Below are positions 10,090 to 21,145 of a stretch of DNA of 64,000 nt, one piece after another. The position numbers were made by a program, and so were the translations under genes. Each line of letters begins with the position of its first letter. Positions within the stretch are counted from its first letter, which is position 1. Location of the stretch: contig CAZLUT010000002.1 of NCBI GenBank assembly GCA_964562805.1, positions 1,172 to 65,171 on the forward strand, given 5' to 3'. The stretch comes from an uncultured bacterium (GTDB lineage Bacteria; Omnitrophota; Omnitrophia; Omnitrophales; CAZLUT01). The notes below the pieces were generated by a model. The model had not been told where the DNA came from. It did no database searches and was given only the letters and a program-made list of their open reading frames with translations.

Positions 10090-11619
10090 ATGTTTAAGGT
10101 TGCATCACATAAAAATACTGCTCAATTATCCGGGCTAATCATCGTTGGACTTTTCGAAGGGGAGAGTATCCTTCAGTCGCCTGATCGAGCTTTAAAAAAC
10201 CTTTCAGGGTTTCTTTCACAAGTTGTTCGCGAAGAAAAATTTCGGGGTGAATTTAAAAAGACCCTCTTTTTTTACCACAAATTAGGCCAGAAAGTCATTC
10301 AAGTTTTAGTGATGGGCCTTGGGCCTCAATCTCGATTTAAAAAAGAGAATTTTCGCGAAGTGCTTGCGCTGGCTGCCCGGATCGTGAAAGAAAAAAGCGC
10401 AACAAATTTTCAGGTATTCTTAAAGTCTTTTCTCCCAAAAACTCTTTCTTACAGTGAGGCGGGAGAAGCGGCTGCAGAGGCTATTGATTTAGCTCTTTAT
10501 TCCTTTAAGGGTTACCAAAAAATAAAGGTAAAGGTTAAAAAGGGAAGCTCGAGTTTTTCCAACAAGGTAACATTTATTATTCCTGTGTCATCATATGCCA
10601 AAGAAGTGAAAGCGGGAATTGGCAGGGGATTAGCCCTTTCAAGCGGGGTTAAAATAGCCCGGGATCTCATTAATGAACCCGGTAATAAAATGAACCCTCA
10701 GATTTTTTCCACCCAAACAAAAAAGCTTGGGGAAGCCTCTGGTTTCAAAGTTAAGGTTCTTGAGAAGAGTGATCTTATCCGGGAAAAAATGGGCGCTCTC
10801 TTGGCTGTGGGACAAGGCAGCTCTATTCCACCGCGGCTTTTGGTCTTGACCTATGGAGGTCAGAAAAAAGGTGCTCCTATCTGTTTTGTGGGAAAAGGCG
10901 TTACTTTTGATGCTGGCGGCATCTCCCTTAAGCCTTCAAAAGGTATGGATAAGATGAAGTATGATATGGCTGGAGGTGCGGCGGTGGTCGGAATTATGGC
11001 CTCTGCAGCCAAATTAAAACTTCCTGAAAGGCTTATTGGGATCATTCCGTTGGTTGAGAATATGCCCGGAGGCAGCGCTGTGAAACCGGGGGATGTGGTA
11101 ACATCAGCTTCCGGATTAACTATTGAAGTAACCAATACTGATGCTGAAGGCAGAATGATCCTAGCTGATGCACTTCACTATGCTAAAAAGTTCAAGCCAA
11201 AGGCGGTTTATGACTTAGCCACTTTGACAGGAGCTGTGATTGTTGCTCTTGGTTCCAGGTGTATGGCGGCTCTTGGAGATTCCAAGCTTATTGAGACTCT
11301 GAAGGAGGCCGGGAGTACGGTTAATGAGAGGGTATGGGAACTCCCTATGTTTAAGGAGTACGGGGAAGACATTAGAAGCGAGGTGGCTGACCTTCAAAAC
11401 GTTGGACAGGGCGAAGCTGGGACCATTATTGGGGCTAAATTTCTAGAAAAATTTGTTAATAAGGCTTATCCTTGGGTTCATTTGGATATAGCAGGAATGG
11501 CCTGGGCTGAAAAGAGCGTTCCCAGTTATTGTTCAAAAAAAGGCGCCAGGGGAATCGGTGTTAGGCTTTTGATAGAAGTATTGAGGAGACAAAATGGCAA
11601 AAAAGAAAAAAGCAACTAA
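10090..11619 (+). CDS. pepA: Leucyl aminopeptidase (M17)
   Basis: [44 protein letters not shown]; AAGGAGG RBS. Confidence 0.96.
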   Translation: MFKVASHKNTAQLSGLIIVGLFEGESILQSPDRALKNLSGFLSQVVREEKFRGEFKKTLFFYHKLGQKVIQVLVMGLGPQSRFKKENFREVLALAARIVKEKSATNFQVFLKSFLPKTLSYSEAGEAAAEAIDLALYSFKGYQKIKVKVKKGSSSFSNKVTFIIPVSSYAKEVKAGIGRGLALSSGVKIARDLINEPGNKMNPQIFSTQTKKLGEASGFKVKVLEKSDLIREKMGALLAVGQGSSIPPRLLVLTYGGQKKGAPICFVGKGVTFDAGGISLKPSKGMDKMKYDMAGGAAVVGIMASAAKLKLPERLIGIIPLVENMPGGSAVKPGDVVTSASGLTIEVTNTDAEGRMILADALHYAKKFKPKAVYDLATLTGAVIVALGSRCMAALGDSKLIETLKEAGSTVNERVWELPMFKEYGEDIRSEVADLQNVGQGEAGTIIGAKFLEKFVNKAYPWVHLDIAGMAWAEKSVPSYCSKKGARGIGVRLLIEVLRRQNGKKEKSN

Positions 11620-12181
11620 ATTAACTCAAAAAAAATCAATCGCCCCTCATATTAAAAGCGTTTTGGAGCTGATAGGTGAGGATCCAAAACGGCATGGCCT
11701 CGAGAAAACTCCTATGCGTGTTGAGGAGTCATTTAAATTTTTGACAAGCGGTTACCGCCATAGCGTTAACGAAGTGCTGAATGACGCGATTTTTAACGAA
11801 AATTATGATGAGATGGTGGTTATTCGTGATATCGAAATTTTTAGTCTTTGCGAGCATCATCTTTTGCCCTTTTATGGAAAATGCCATGTTGCTTATATTC
11901 CGGATGGCAAGGTAGTGGGTTTAAGTAAAATTCCGCGCCTTGTAGATATGTTTGCAAGACGTCTTCAGGTCCAAGAGAGACTGACGACCCAGATTGCGGA
12001 TTGTCTTATGGAAAAACTAACTCCTAAGGGAGTTGCAGTCGTTATTGAAGCCTCTCATCTTTGTATGATTATGAGAGGAGTTGAAAAACAGAACTCCGTT
12101 TGTGTTACGAGCTCAATGCAAGGTGTCTTCAGGGAAGATGAAAGAACGAGACGCGAATTTTTGAGTTTGATACATAAATAG
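11594..12181 (+). CDS. folE: GTP cyclohydrolase I
   Basis: [34 protein letters not shown]. Confidence 0.97.
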   Translation: MAKKKKATKLTQKKSIAPHIKSVLELIGEDPKRHGLEKTPMRVEESFKFLTSGYRHSVNEVLNDAIFNENYDEMVVIRDIEIFSLCEHHLLPFYGKCHVAYIPDGKVVGLSKIPRLVDMFARRLQVQERLTTQIADCLMEKLTPKGVAVVIEASHLCMIMRGVEKQNSVCVTSSMQGVFREDERTRREFLSLIHK

Positions 12182-12210
12182 CAAGATCTGAAATAGGGAA
12201 TGTAGTAAAT

Positions 12211-12594
12211 ATGGATAATCCAACTAATAAGCGATCAAACGTCCGAATGCTATTTCAAAATCAACTCGAATTTAAAATTTGTTCAATCAATCTCGTCTCA
12301 GAGCTTCATTTGGCAAGTTCGCGAAATATATCACAATCAGGGATGTGTTTTCGGGCCGCCTCGGCGCCCCCTTTGGGAAGTATTATTAAAATTCAGACGG
12401 ATCTTGAAACGCTAGCAAAATGTATTCAAATTGAAAACATGCTATTTGAACTAAAAGGGTGTGTTTTAGGAAAAGTTATTTGGGCTTCACCTGCCAAGGA
12501 AGACGCGTCTCTAACAGATGTGGGAGTAGTCTTTATTAAAACCGGCGAAATAGAAGTCCCCGATGTAAAGGAAGCAGTTTCTTTGGTTGCTTAA
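12211..12594 (+). CDS. Stand-alone PilZ domain protein
   Basis: RSNVR (RxxxR) and NISQSG (D/NxSxxG) c-di-GMP-binding motifs; GKVIW and DVGVVF strands. Confidence 0.75.
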   Translation: MDNPTNKRSNVRMLFQNQLEFKICSINLVSELHLASSRNISQSGMCFRAASAPPLGSIIKIQTDLETLAKCIQIENMLFELKGCVLGKVIWASPAKEDASLTDVGVVFIKTGEIEVPDVKEAVSLVA

Positions 12595-12600
12595 TTTTCA

Positions 12601-13089
12601 ATGGCTAAAAAAATTAAAAAAACCTTACTTTTTATTCTGATACTGTCTCTGCTCCTTATCGGCTCGCCTTTATCCGGATTTTGCCAGCAAGAAGTCGCAG
12701 TGCCCGATCGGTTGGGTGTTGATTCAAATGGTAAGGAGTTTTTTTTAAAAGACAATGTGGGGAAAGATAATTTATATTTGGTATTCTGGGCTACCTGGTG
12801 TCCCTCATGCATTCAAGCTATTCCGTCGCTAGTTGATACCTATAAAAATATTAAAGATGTTAAGTTGGTTGCCATCAATCCCGGTTTCAACGATTCTATT
12901 AAAAACACAAGGAAATATGTCGATCGTTATCAAATACCATATCTGACCCTACATGATGAAACAGGATTAAGTGCGCAGGCTTTCGGTGTTTATGGAATAC
13001 CGACTGCTGTATTAATCAATAAAAAAGGCGAAGTAGTTTATATGGGTTTTCCGCTTCCGGCCGACAGAATTCCTGAACTTCTCGATTGA
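12601..13089 (+). CDS. TlpA/ResA-family thiol-disulfide oxidoreductase
   Basis: Signal/TM segment; FWATWCPSC; YGIPT cis-Pro loop. Confidence 0.9.
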   Translation: MAKKIKKTLLFILILSLLLIGSPLSGFCQQEVAVPDRLGVDSNGKEFFLKDNVGKDNLYLVFWATWCPSCIQAIPSLVDTYKNIKDVKLVAINPGFNDSIKNTRKYVDRYQIPYLTLHDETGLSAQAFGVYGIPTAVLINKKGEVVYMGFPLPADRIPELLD

Positions 13090-13125
13090 AACATTTGATT
13101 TTTTCTTCTTATTAAGGCTACCATA

Positions 13126-15570
13126 ATGGCCAATATGACAAGCAAAGCTTCCCGACAATCTTTAAAAGAAGTTTTTTGGATTTCCGTAGGCCTGGCTGCC
13201 TTGCTCCTATTTTGGTTTTGGGATTTATTTACCCTGAAATTTGGATTCATTTCAGGCGATCACAAGGTTCAGCATTATCCCTGGATGTCCTATTTATATT
13301 CAGAACTTCACCAGGGAAGATTTCCTCTCTGGACTGATTTAATCGGCTGCGGATTCCCAATATTTGCTGAAGGCCAGATCGCGGCACTCTATCCGATCAA
13401 CCTTATTATTTATGGATTACTGCCTATCTCGTTTGAGGCTGCCTACAACTATTCCACAATACTTCACTATTGGATAGGTGGGATATTTTTCTACATATTT
13501 TGCCGACATATCTTAATTTCCCGTTTTGGCAGCTTTATTGCAACCACAATTTATCTTTTTGGTTCCACTCAGGGCGGGTATTTTTATAACATGAATTCCC
13601 AGAAGACCTGCATTTGGTTTCCTCTTGTTTTATTTCTAATGGAACGGGCTCTAAAGACTCGGAATCTAATTTATCTCTTATGGATAGGCGTTATTTTTGG
13701 CATTCAGATAAATGCCGGCTATCTACAAATCGCTTTTTACTGTTTAGTTTTTTCCTTCCTCTATTATTTTTTTAGATTGGTATTTTTTGAAAAAGACGAA
13801 GGGAGCTGGGGAAAGCGATTTTTTATTTTTATAAAACATTCACTTCTTATGGGTGTTATTGGTATTTTGATTGGACTGCCTCAAATATTGGCTACAGGGG
13901 AATTGAGCCAATTTTCAAGCCGGGTGAATTTACCGGAGAGTTTTGCGTATGTCGGGTCCCTGCCCCCGCAAGGCATCTTAACGCTTCTATTTCCATTTTT
14001 GGATCCTTATCTGGGACAAGAAATGTACGTGGGTATTTTCGGTATTTTACTTCTATCTGCGGCGTGGTTTTGGCGCAAAGAGTGGTCCAAACAGCTGTGG
14101 GCTATGTTCTGGTTGGGTCTTTTTGCTTTTCTAATCGCCTTAGGTCAATTCAGCCCTCTTTACGTAGGTATAATCAAGCTAACGCATTTTTACGGGTTCA
14201 GAGTTCCGGCCAAAGTTGTCTATTTTTTAGTTTTTGCATTTGCTGTTTTTTCTGGGTGGGGACTAAGTAAACTGCTTACTTCGCAATCCGAAAAAGAAAC
14301 CAAAAGGGCGATTGTATTTTTTGCCGCGCTGATGCTTATCGGTATGACGGCAGGATTATTTGCCGAAATGATGATTCGTTTTTTTATGCCGGTTATGAAG
14401 CAGACAGGCAGCTGGATTTTAGAGAAATATTATGTGGGCAGTCCCTTACATCCGCATTCTCTCGATCTCTATCTTGATAAATTGGACAGCTATTTAGCCG
14501 GTCTAACTCAAATGGTTTCGGTTCGGGAAAGTTTTTGGATGAAAGTTTGGATCTTTTTGCTGGCCGGCAATTTAGCTATTGGGATACTTTTATTGACAGT
14601 TCCGGCAAGAGTTAAAAAATTTATTCTTATCTTTGGCGTATTGGTGTTGGCTTTGGATCTGTATGGTTATACTTTTGTAAACAATATCAAGCCTGGGTGG
14701 GAAGCGTACGACAGTTATTTGAGCCCGGGTAAGCCATTTTTAAATTATTTAGATCAAGACAGGTCTCAATATAGGGTTTACGAATATTACACTGATTTGT
14801 CACAGGATGATTCTTTTCCGCTAATGTATAACTCAAATATGGACCATGGAATCAGCGACATCGGCGTATACGCGCCTTTTGCTTTATTGGAGCACAGAAA
14901 TTTTTATTTAGGGCTTGGTGCCAGCAACAATTCGCTTGATGTCAGCCTTGCGGCGCCAGAACAGTTCTCATCACTTAAGCCGCTTTTGGATGTTTCAAAT
15001 GTAAAATACCTGATAGGTCAGGAAATACCGAGCAATGCTACCGGTTGGAAAAAGGTGTTGGATTCAGCCGGGTATAGTCTCTATCAAAACAAGGAAGTCC
15101 TTCCTCGTACTTTTTGGCTGCCATTAGGCAATACGGTGGTGGTCCAAGATTTCGACCGGTTTGTCCGCGAAAGCTCCTTTAACCCCTCGCGGGAAATTAT
15201 TTTTGAAAGAGAAGAACTGAAAGGGTTTAATTTTGCGAAAAAAGAGAATAGAGGCAAATCTTATCAAGCGGTGATTCTTAATGAGATAGACTCTCATCAA
15301 ATTCAAATAAAAACTCATTTTCAAGAAAGCGGGTGGCTATTTTTAAGTGATATTTTTTATCCAGGCTGGGAAGCCACTATTGACGGAAAAAAAACCCGAA
15401 TTTTTAAAGCGAATGGTATTTTTAGAACAGTTTTGGTTCCAATGGGGGCGCATACAATGGAATTTGTATATAAACCGTTTTACAAAAAATGGCTAAACCT
15501 TCCTTTTGTTTGTGCAGGGCTTATCTTTTTAATCTCAATAGTTATTGGGCTGAAGCGGATAAAGCGATGA
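13126..15570 (+). CDS. YfhO-family GT-C membrane glycosyltransferase
   Basis: PLWTDLIGCGFPIFA N-terminal motif, many TMs, FRVPAK, C-terminal SDIFYPGWEATIDG...G.H.MEFVYKP. The start could be 13135. Confidence 0.85.
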   Translation: MANMTSKASRQSLKEVFWISVGLAALLLFWFWDLFTLKFGFISGDHKVQHYPWMSYLYSELHQGRFPLWTDLIGCGFPIFAEGQIAALYPINLIIYGLLPISFEAAYNYSTILHYWIGGIFFYIFCRHILISRFGSFIATTIYLFGSTQGGYFYNMNSQKTCIWFPLVLFLMERALKTRNLIYLLWIGVIFGIQINAGYLQIAFYCLVFSFLYYFFRLVFFEKDEGSWGKRFFIFIKHSLLMGVIGILIGLPQILATGELSQFSSRVNLPESFAYVGSLPPQGILTLLFPFLDPYLGQEMYVGIFGILLLSAAWFWRKEWSKQLWAMFWLGLFAFLIALGQFSPLYVGIIKLTHFYGFRVPAKVVYFLVFAFAVFSGWGLSKLLTSQSEKETKRAIVFFAALMLIGMTAGLFAEMMIRFFMPVMKQTGSWILEKYYVGSPLHPHSLDLYLDKLDSYLAGLTQMVSVRESFWMKVWIFLLAGNLAIGILLLTVPARVKKFILIFGVLVLALDLYGYTFVNNIKPGWEAYDSYLSPGKPFLNYLDQDRSQYRVYEYYTDLSQDDSFPLMYNSNMDHGISDIGVYAPFALLEHRNFYLGLGASNNSLDVSLAAPEQFSSLKPLLDVSNVKYLIGQEIPSNATGWKKVLDSAGYSLYQNKEVLPRTFWLPLGNTVVVQDFDRFVRESSFNPSREIIFEREELKGFNFAKKENRGKSYQAVILNEIDSHQIQIKTHFQESGWLFLSDIFYPGWEATIDGKKTRIFKANGIFRTVLVPMGAHTMEFVYKPFYKKWLNLPFVCAGLIFLISIVIGLKRIKR

Positions 15571-16481
15571 TACCCGAACTTTTAAAGCCCCATTTCAAAC
15601 AAATAAAAATGTGTCCATTGTGCGCTTCCCAAGAATTTAAAAAGACGTTTGAAGTGAAAGGTTTAAAAATTTCTAAGTGCAGTCAGTGTGGTTTTCGCTT
15701 CATGAATCCTTGTTTGAATGACGAAGGGATGGGTCTTTTGTATAAAAATTCAAAGATTCTAATAGAGACAAATCCGGCGCTTGAATCTTATTACGAATAT
15801 GGGGTCGGGAATATGAAAAGTAAAACGTATCAAGATTATGTTAAAGTTTTATCGCTCCTTGAGAGAGTTTATCCGGTCAGCGAAAAACCGAAGCTTTTTG
15901 AAATTGGATATGGATCAGGAGCCTTTTTAAAAGAAGCGCGTGAGAGGGGATGGCAGGTGGACGGCACGGATACAAGCGAGGATAATTTTCGACTGCTAAC
16001 GAATGAAGGTGTAACAGTTCAATTGGGATCATTTGACGATTTTGAGGTTTCGAGCAACAAATACCAGGCAGTCGCCCTCTGGGATGTTATCGAACATACA
16101 ATTAGTCCAAAAGATTTTATCCGAAAAGCTTACGAAATGCTTGTCCCGGGCGGATTGCTTGTGATCGTAACTCCTAATGTTTCAGGACTTTTAAATAAAG
16201 TTTCAGAATTTTTGTATTTTGTATCTTTCAGAAAAATTAAATTTGGAATTAATCAACTATATTGCTTAGAGCATGTTGGCTATTTTAACCAAAAAAACCT
16301 AAAAAAATTGGTAGAAGATGAAGGTTTTTTATTTGAGAAAGCGCTTTTGACTGAAACAGACCTCGAACGGTATCATTTTTCACCAATTGTAAAATTTTGT
16401 CTTAAAATATTTTTTATTGCTGCCCGAATTGTTAGCATGGCTAACCGTATTGTTGTGGTTGCCAAAAAATCTGAAAAATAG
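15567..16481 (+). CDS. Class I SAM-dependent methyltransferase with N-terminal Cys4 Zn-binding motif
   Basis: CPLC...CSQC; FEIGYGSG motif I; WDVIEH; PGGLLVI. ATG at 15567 overlaps the upstream stop (ATGA). Confidence 0.85.
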   Translation: MIPELLKPHFKQIKMCPLCASQEFKKTFEVKGLKISKCSQCGFRFMNPCLNDEGMGLLYKNSKILIETNPALESYYEYGVGNMKSKTYQDYVKVLSLLERVYPVSEKPKLFEIGYGSGAFLKEARERGWQVDGTDTSEDNFRLLTNEGVTVQLGSFDDFEVSSNKYQAVALWDVIEHTISPKDFIRKAYEMLVPGGLLVIVTPNVSGLLNKVSEFLYFVSFRKIKFGINQLYCLEHVGYFNQKNLKKLVEDEGFLFEKALLTETDLERYHFSPIVKFCLKIFFIAARIVSMANRIVVVAKKSEK

Positions 16482-16541
16482 TCCACAATCGTTTGGTGAT
16501 AGCTATAAATTTAAGTGTCTATAAGGTTTGGATTTGTTTAT

Positions 16542-16565
16542 AATGCCGCTTGCAAAAGCGGCATT
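16542..16565 (+). terminator. Perfect 10-bp hairpin with GCAA loop followed by a T-rich tract
   Basis: AATGCCGCTT-GCAA-AAGCGGCATT then TTGATTTT; overlaps TATAAT at 16539-16544. Confidence 0.55.
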
Positions 16566-16629
16566 TTGATTTTAGGCTGCGTTATTTTAAGCATTATTAA
16601 GCTGGAAGTAGTAATCAAGAAAGGTGATC

Positions 16630-17604
16630 ATGAAAAAAAGAGCCCTTATTACAGGTATTACTGGTCAAGACGGTTCATATTTAGCTGAACTTTTGCTCGA
16701 AAAAGGATATGAGGTTCATGGAATTATTAGAAGAGTTGCGCTCGAAGATCCTCAGCACAGATTGTGGCGGCTTCAGCACATATTAAATAAGATTTCTTTG
16801 CATTCAGGCACATTGGAAAATTACGCCGCTTTATTTAAAGTCGTGCAAGCAGTTAAGCCGGACGAAGTGTATCATTTAGGAGCTCAAAGTTATGTTGGGT
16901 ATTCTTTTGATGATGAGTTTTCAACGATCAGCACCAATATCAACGGCACTCATTACATATTATCAGCCGTAAAAGAAATGGCGCCAAAATGTAAATTGTA
17001 TTTTGCAGCCTCCAGCGAAATTTTTGGAAAAGTAAAACAAACTCCGCAAACTGAAGAAACCCCGTTTCACCCGAGGTCTCCTTACGGTATTTCTAAATCG
17101 GCTGGCTTTGAATTAACGCGAAATTATCGTGAGGCTTATGGAGTGTTCGCTTGTAGCGGAATCTTGTTTAACCACGAATCTCCCCGGAGAGGGTTTGAAT
17201 TTGTGACTCGAAAAATTTCAACCGGTGTTGCTGAAATCAAATTGGGATTACGAAAAAAAATTAAATTAGGTAACTTGGAAGCATCGAGAGATTGGGGGCA
17301 TGCAAAAGAGTATGTGAAAGCCATGTGGCAAATGTTGCAACAGAAAGAACCGGACGATTATGTTATTGCGACAGGGGAAACGCATACAGTTAAGCAGTTT
17401 TTGGAGTGTGCGTTTGAACATGTGGGTTTAAATTCTAAGGACCATGTTGAGATTGATCCTGAGTTGATACGGCCAGCCGAAGTTAATCTGCTGTTAGGAG
17501 ACGCTTCGAAAGCTAAGAAGAAGTTGGGGTGGAAGTACGAATGTACTTTTGAAGATTTGGTGAAAGAAATGGTGGATGCTGATATAGCTAGACTGAAAGC
17601 ATAG
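16630..17604 (+). CDS. gmd: GDP-mannose 4,6-dehydratase
   Basis: ALITGITGQDGSYLAELLL, PRSPYGISK, ILFNHESPRRG, RDWGHAKEYV. Confidence 0.96.
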   Translation: MKKRALITGITGQDGSYLAELLLEKGYEVHGIIRRVALEDPQHRLWRLQHILNKISLHSGTLENYAALFKVVQAVKPDEVYHLGAQSYVGYSFDDEFSTISTNINGTHYILSAVKEMAPKCKLYFAASSEIFGKVKQTPQTEETPFHPRSPYGISKSAGFELTRNYREAYGVFACSGILFNHESPRRGFEFVTRKISTGVAEIKLGLRKKIKLGNLEASRDWGHAKEYVKAMWQMLQQKEPDDYVIATGETHTVKQFLECAFEHVGLNSKDHVEIDPELIRPAEVNLLLGDASKAKKKLGWKYECTFEDLVKEMVDADIARLKA

Positions 17605-17619
17605 TATTTTCTTAAATCC

Positions 17620-18378
17620 ATGAAAACGATTCTTATTATTCCGACTTATAATGAACGGAAAAATATTGAAGAACTGCTGAAAACTATCTGGGAGCATACA
17701 AAAGAATGTCCCGTGGAGGTTTTGGTGATTGATAGTGCCTCGCCAGATGGAACCGGTAAATTTTTAGATGAACTTAAAAGTAAAGATAAGAGAGTTCACG
17801 TTCTCCATCAAAGGAAGAAGCTTGGATTAGGACGGGCTTATATTGACGGTTTTCAGTGGGCTATTGGCCGGCGTAACGAATATCAGTATGTTTTTACGAT
17901 GGATGCGGACTTTTCGCATCATCCTCAGTATTTGAAATCTATGATCGAAGCTCTTAAGCAGTACGATTTGGTTATTGGATCCCGTTATGTAAAAGGCGGA
18001 GGTCTTTTGAATTGGCCTATAGTAAGGCGTTTTTTGAGTGCTTTTGCAAATTTTTATGCAAAAACAATCATTCAGCTGCCACTAAATGATGTAACCGCTG
18101 GATTTCATGGTTTTAGAATAGAGTTGCTTTCAAAAGTAATGAATTACGGTATTCAGGCGGATGGATATGCTTTTTTAATGGAACTAAAATTATTTTCTAT
18201 TTTTGAAGGAGCCCGTATCCATGAGCATCCCATTATTTTTAATGATCGTACTGAGGGCGATTCTAAGATTTCCAAACGGGTCATCTTCGAATCTATCTGT
18301 CTTACTTGGTGGCTCGGCCTTAAGCATTTAAACCGGCGTCTATTTCACAAAAAAAGCAAACCAATTAACCGTTCATAA
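17620..18378 (+). CDS. Polyprenol-monophosphomannose synthase-like GT2
   Basis: IIPTYNERKNI, SPDGT, KLGLGRAY, MDADFSHHP, GSRYVKGG. Confidence 0.9.
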   Translation: MKTILIIPTYNERKNIEELLKTIWEHTKECPVEVLVIDSASPDGTGKFLDELKSKDKRVHVLHQRKKLGLGRAYIDGFQWAIGRRNEYQYVFTMDADFSHHPQYLKSMIEALKQYDLVIGSRYVKGGGLLNWPIVRRFLSAFANFYAKTIIQLPLNDVTAGFHGFRIELLSKVMNYGIQADGYAFLMELKLFSIFEGARIHEHPIIFNDRTEGDSKISKRVIFESICLTWWLGLKHLNRRLFHKKSKPINRS

Positions 18379-19973
18379 TGCATCATTCTGCCATCAGCAA
18401 AACACTTTTGCTTTTGCTATTGGTTCTTATCTTGGCGTTGGGAGTCCAGCTGAGCCAAATCGACCGCCCGCTCACGGGGAATTTTGCTAGCTACCAGACA
18501 GTGTTGGCATCAATTGCGGACAACCTGGTTCGTGAGAACTTTTCGGGATTTTTATTACCTAAAACAAATTTAATTATATTGGGCGGTGAAAGATCATTAC
18601 ATTTAAATCAATATCCATTTCCGTCAGTATTGGCTGCTGCGGGGATGAGGGTTTTTGGTGGAAGTGTAGAAGTGTGGGGTCGCCTTCAGGCGGTACTGTT
18701 CAACTTATTAACCGCGCTACTTATTAGCTTTATTGGACGCCGGTTATTTTCTAAACGAACAGGCCTTGTGGCGGCGATTATTTATTTACTTTCACCCTTT
18801 GCTTTGATTTACGGGCAAAGTTTTATGTCGGAGGCAACCTCTCTTTTCTTTCTGGTTTTTGCTTTTTTTCTATTAATTCCCAGCAAGAATAGCAATTCAA
18901 GTATATTTCGAGCTATTCTATCGGCAATCTTTTTCTCTCTAACTGTTTGCGGCCGTCTCCACTTCATAGTATTTTTGCCGGCCTATCTTTTTTCCTTTTT
19001 TCTATTTGGTGACGAAAAGAAATATTCAAAAGCAATCTTGTATTTAATTTTTTCTTTGGCGGCACCCATCGCTTGGTATTCGCATACTTATTTTGCTGGT
19101 TCGACCGCAATTAATTTGCATACAAGCTTATTTCTTCAGTTGGGCGCATCAGGCGCAAGTAAAATTTCGCTATTGTTGAATCCTAGTTATTATAAGCAAA
19201 TTTTTGATACAGTTTCCGGGACGATGCTAACGCCGTTACTTTTCCCTTTCTTTTTCCTCGGGTTATTCTCTTTTAGGGACGAGAAAAAGCAGATCGGTTT
19301 GATCTTAGCAGTCTTATTTTTTGGATCTTCCATTTTTGTTTTAACTCCTCAGAAGGTAATGGATCATGATTTTTATCTATATGGCCTTTTCCCCTTTATT
19401 GCTCTGTTGGCGGCGCGTGGATTTTCACTTCTTATCGATTTATTTCCCGCTTTTAGAAAAGGAATAGTTATTTTACTCACCGTATTTTTATATTTTGTAA
19501 TTTCAGGACGGTATTTTTTTAATCCCATATTTAAATCAAGCTCTGGTGAAAAGCAGGAAGTTCAAATTGGAAAGTGGATTGAAAACAGCACGCGCTCGGG
19601 AGATAAAGTAGTTATGATTGGGAAAAATGCGCCAATTTTATTTTATTATGCTAAAAGACCTGCGTGGAATGTTTCTTTGGGTGAATCTCAAAGATTACCG
19701 GTTTATTTTGCGGGTAGGCCAGAACAGATTTTTGAAGCAGAAGAATTGAACCAGCTTAACGAGGCGATGCAAGATGATGTGAAATGGCTAGAGTACCTAA
19801 GGGGGCTGGGTGCGACTCATGTTGTTTTGGCGGAAAAAGGCTATTTAGAAAGATTTCCAACATTTAAAAATTACCTTTTAAAAAATCATAGGCAAATACA
19901 ATCAGAACATGCCGGTTTTTATTTTTTTGAGATTCAGAAAAACGAGATTTCTAGAAAAAAAGGTGAGACATAA
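18378..19973 (+). CDS. ArnT/PMT-like GT-C membrane glycosyltransferase
   Basis: Polytopic; GRLQAVLF...GLVAAIIYLLSP...YGQSFMSE pattern; follows a polyprenol-P-sugar synthase. Confidence 0.75.
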   Translation: MHHSAISKTLLLLLLVLILALGVQLSQIDRPLTGNFASYQTVLASIADNLVRENFSGFLLPKTNLIILGGERSLHLNQYPFPSVLAAAGMRVFGGSVEVWGRLQAVLFNLLTALLISFIGRRLFSKRTGLVAAIIYLLSPFALIYGQSFMSEATSLFFLVFAFFLLIPSKNSNSSIFRAILSAIFFSLTVCGRLHFIVFLPAYLFSFFLFGDEKKYSKAILYLIFSLAAPIAWYSHTYFAGSTAINLHTSLFLQLGASGASKISLLLNPSYYKQIFDTVSGTMLTPLLFPFFFLGLFSFRDEKKQIGLILAVLFFGSSIFVLTPQKVMDHDFYLYGLFPFIALLAARGFSLLIDLFPAFRKGIVILLTVFLYFVISGRYFFNPIFKSSSGEKQEVQIGKWIENSTRSGDKVVMIGKNAPILFYYAKRPAWNVSLGESQRLPVYFAGRPEQIFEAEELNQLNEAMQDDVKWLEYLRGLGATHVVLAEKGYLERFPTFKNYLLKNHRQIQSEHAGFYFFEIQKNEISRKKGET

Positions 19974-19975
19974 AA

Positions 19976-21133
19976 GTGAAAAATAATAAGCGTATTCCTT
20001 ATTCTTGCCAATGGATTGATGAAAAAGATATTGAAGCGGTTGTGTCAGTTTTAAAATCAGATTTTATCACTCAAGGACCGAAAGTTGCTGAATTCGAGGA
20101 GAAGTTCGCTAAAAAGGTGGGTTCAAAATATGCCGTGGCTGTTGCGAATGGAACCGCGGGGCTTCATTTGGCGGCTTTGGCGCTTGATTTAAAAGAAGGT
20201 GATGAGGTAATCACGTCTCCTATTTCTTTTTTAGCGACGTCAAACGCGGCTTTTTATGTAGGCGCAAAACCTATTTTTGCAGACATTGATCCAAAGACCC
20301 TTTGCTTAGATGTAAAGCAAGTTAAAAAAAAGATCACTCCAAAAACAAAAGCAATTTTTCCAGTCCATTTTGCGGGCCAACCAGCCGCTTTGGAGGAGTT
20401 GTCTCAATTGTGCAAAAAACACGGTTTGTATATGGTTGAAGATGCCTGCCATGCTTTGGGAGCTCAGTATAAGCAGTCTATGGTTGGAGATTGTCAGTAT
20501 TCAAATATGGCCGTTTTTAGTTTTCATCCCGTTAAACATTTAGCAACAGGCGAGGGGGGAATGGTTACTACCAATAGCGAGAACTTGTATCAAAAGCTTT
20601 GTGATCTGCGGAGCCATGGAATGGTTCGAGATCGTGGAAGATTTGAATTAAATGATGAAGGGCCTTGGTGCTATGAAATGCAGTCTTTGGGGTTTAATTA
20701 TCGAATGACTGATATGCAGGCAGCTTTAGGTGTTTCTCAACTCGAGAAGATTGATATGTTTGTAAGTAAAAGGCGCGAGATTGCAAACCGGTATATCGAG
20801 GCATTTAAAGAATTAAAATTAGTCCGAGTTCCGGAATATATCAATGATACAGTTAATTCCCATCATTTATTTATAATTCAGCTCAATTTAAGAAATCTTA
20901 ATAAAACTCGAGCCGAAATTTTCGAAGCCTTAAAAAGCGAAGGTTTGGGGCTTCAAATTCATTATATTCCAATTCCAAGGCAGCCCTTTTATAAGAAAAA
21001 AGGGTACAACTACAAAGATTATCCGGTTGCTGAATCTTTTTATAAATCAACCATTTCAATACCGCTTTTTCCAAAGATGACCGAAGAAGAAGTGGATTAT
21101 GTTATTTCGATTGTTAAAAAGATTTTAAGCTAA
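19976..21133 (+). CDS. pseC: PseC-like UDP-4-keto-6-deoxy-HexNAc aminotransferase (DegT family)
   Basis: IPYSCQWIDEKDIEAV, EDACHALG, FSFHPVKHLATGEGG, YEMQSLGFNYRMTD, HYIP. Confidence 0.85.
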   Translation: MKNNKRIPYSCQWIDEKDIEAVVSVLKSDFITQGPKVAEFEEKFAKKVGSKYAVAVANGTAGLHLAALALDLKEGDEVITSPISFLATSNAAFYVGAKPIFADIDPKTLCLDVKQVKKKITPKTKAIFPVHFAGQPAALEELSQLCKKHGLYMVEDACHALGAQYKQSMVGDCQYSNMAVFSFHPVKHLATGEGGMVTTNSENLYQKLCDLRSHGMVRDRGRFELNDEGPWCYEMQSLGFNYRMTDMQAALGVSQLEKIDMFVSKRREIANRYIEAFKELKLVRVPEYINDTVNSHHLFIIQLNLRNLNKTRAEIFEALKSEGLGLQIHYIPIPRQPFYKKKGYNYKDYPVAESFYKSTISIPLFPKMTEEEVDYVISIVKKILS

Positions 21134-21145
21134 AACCCTCAGTTT

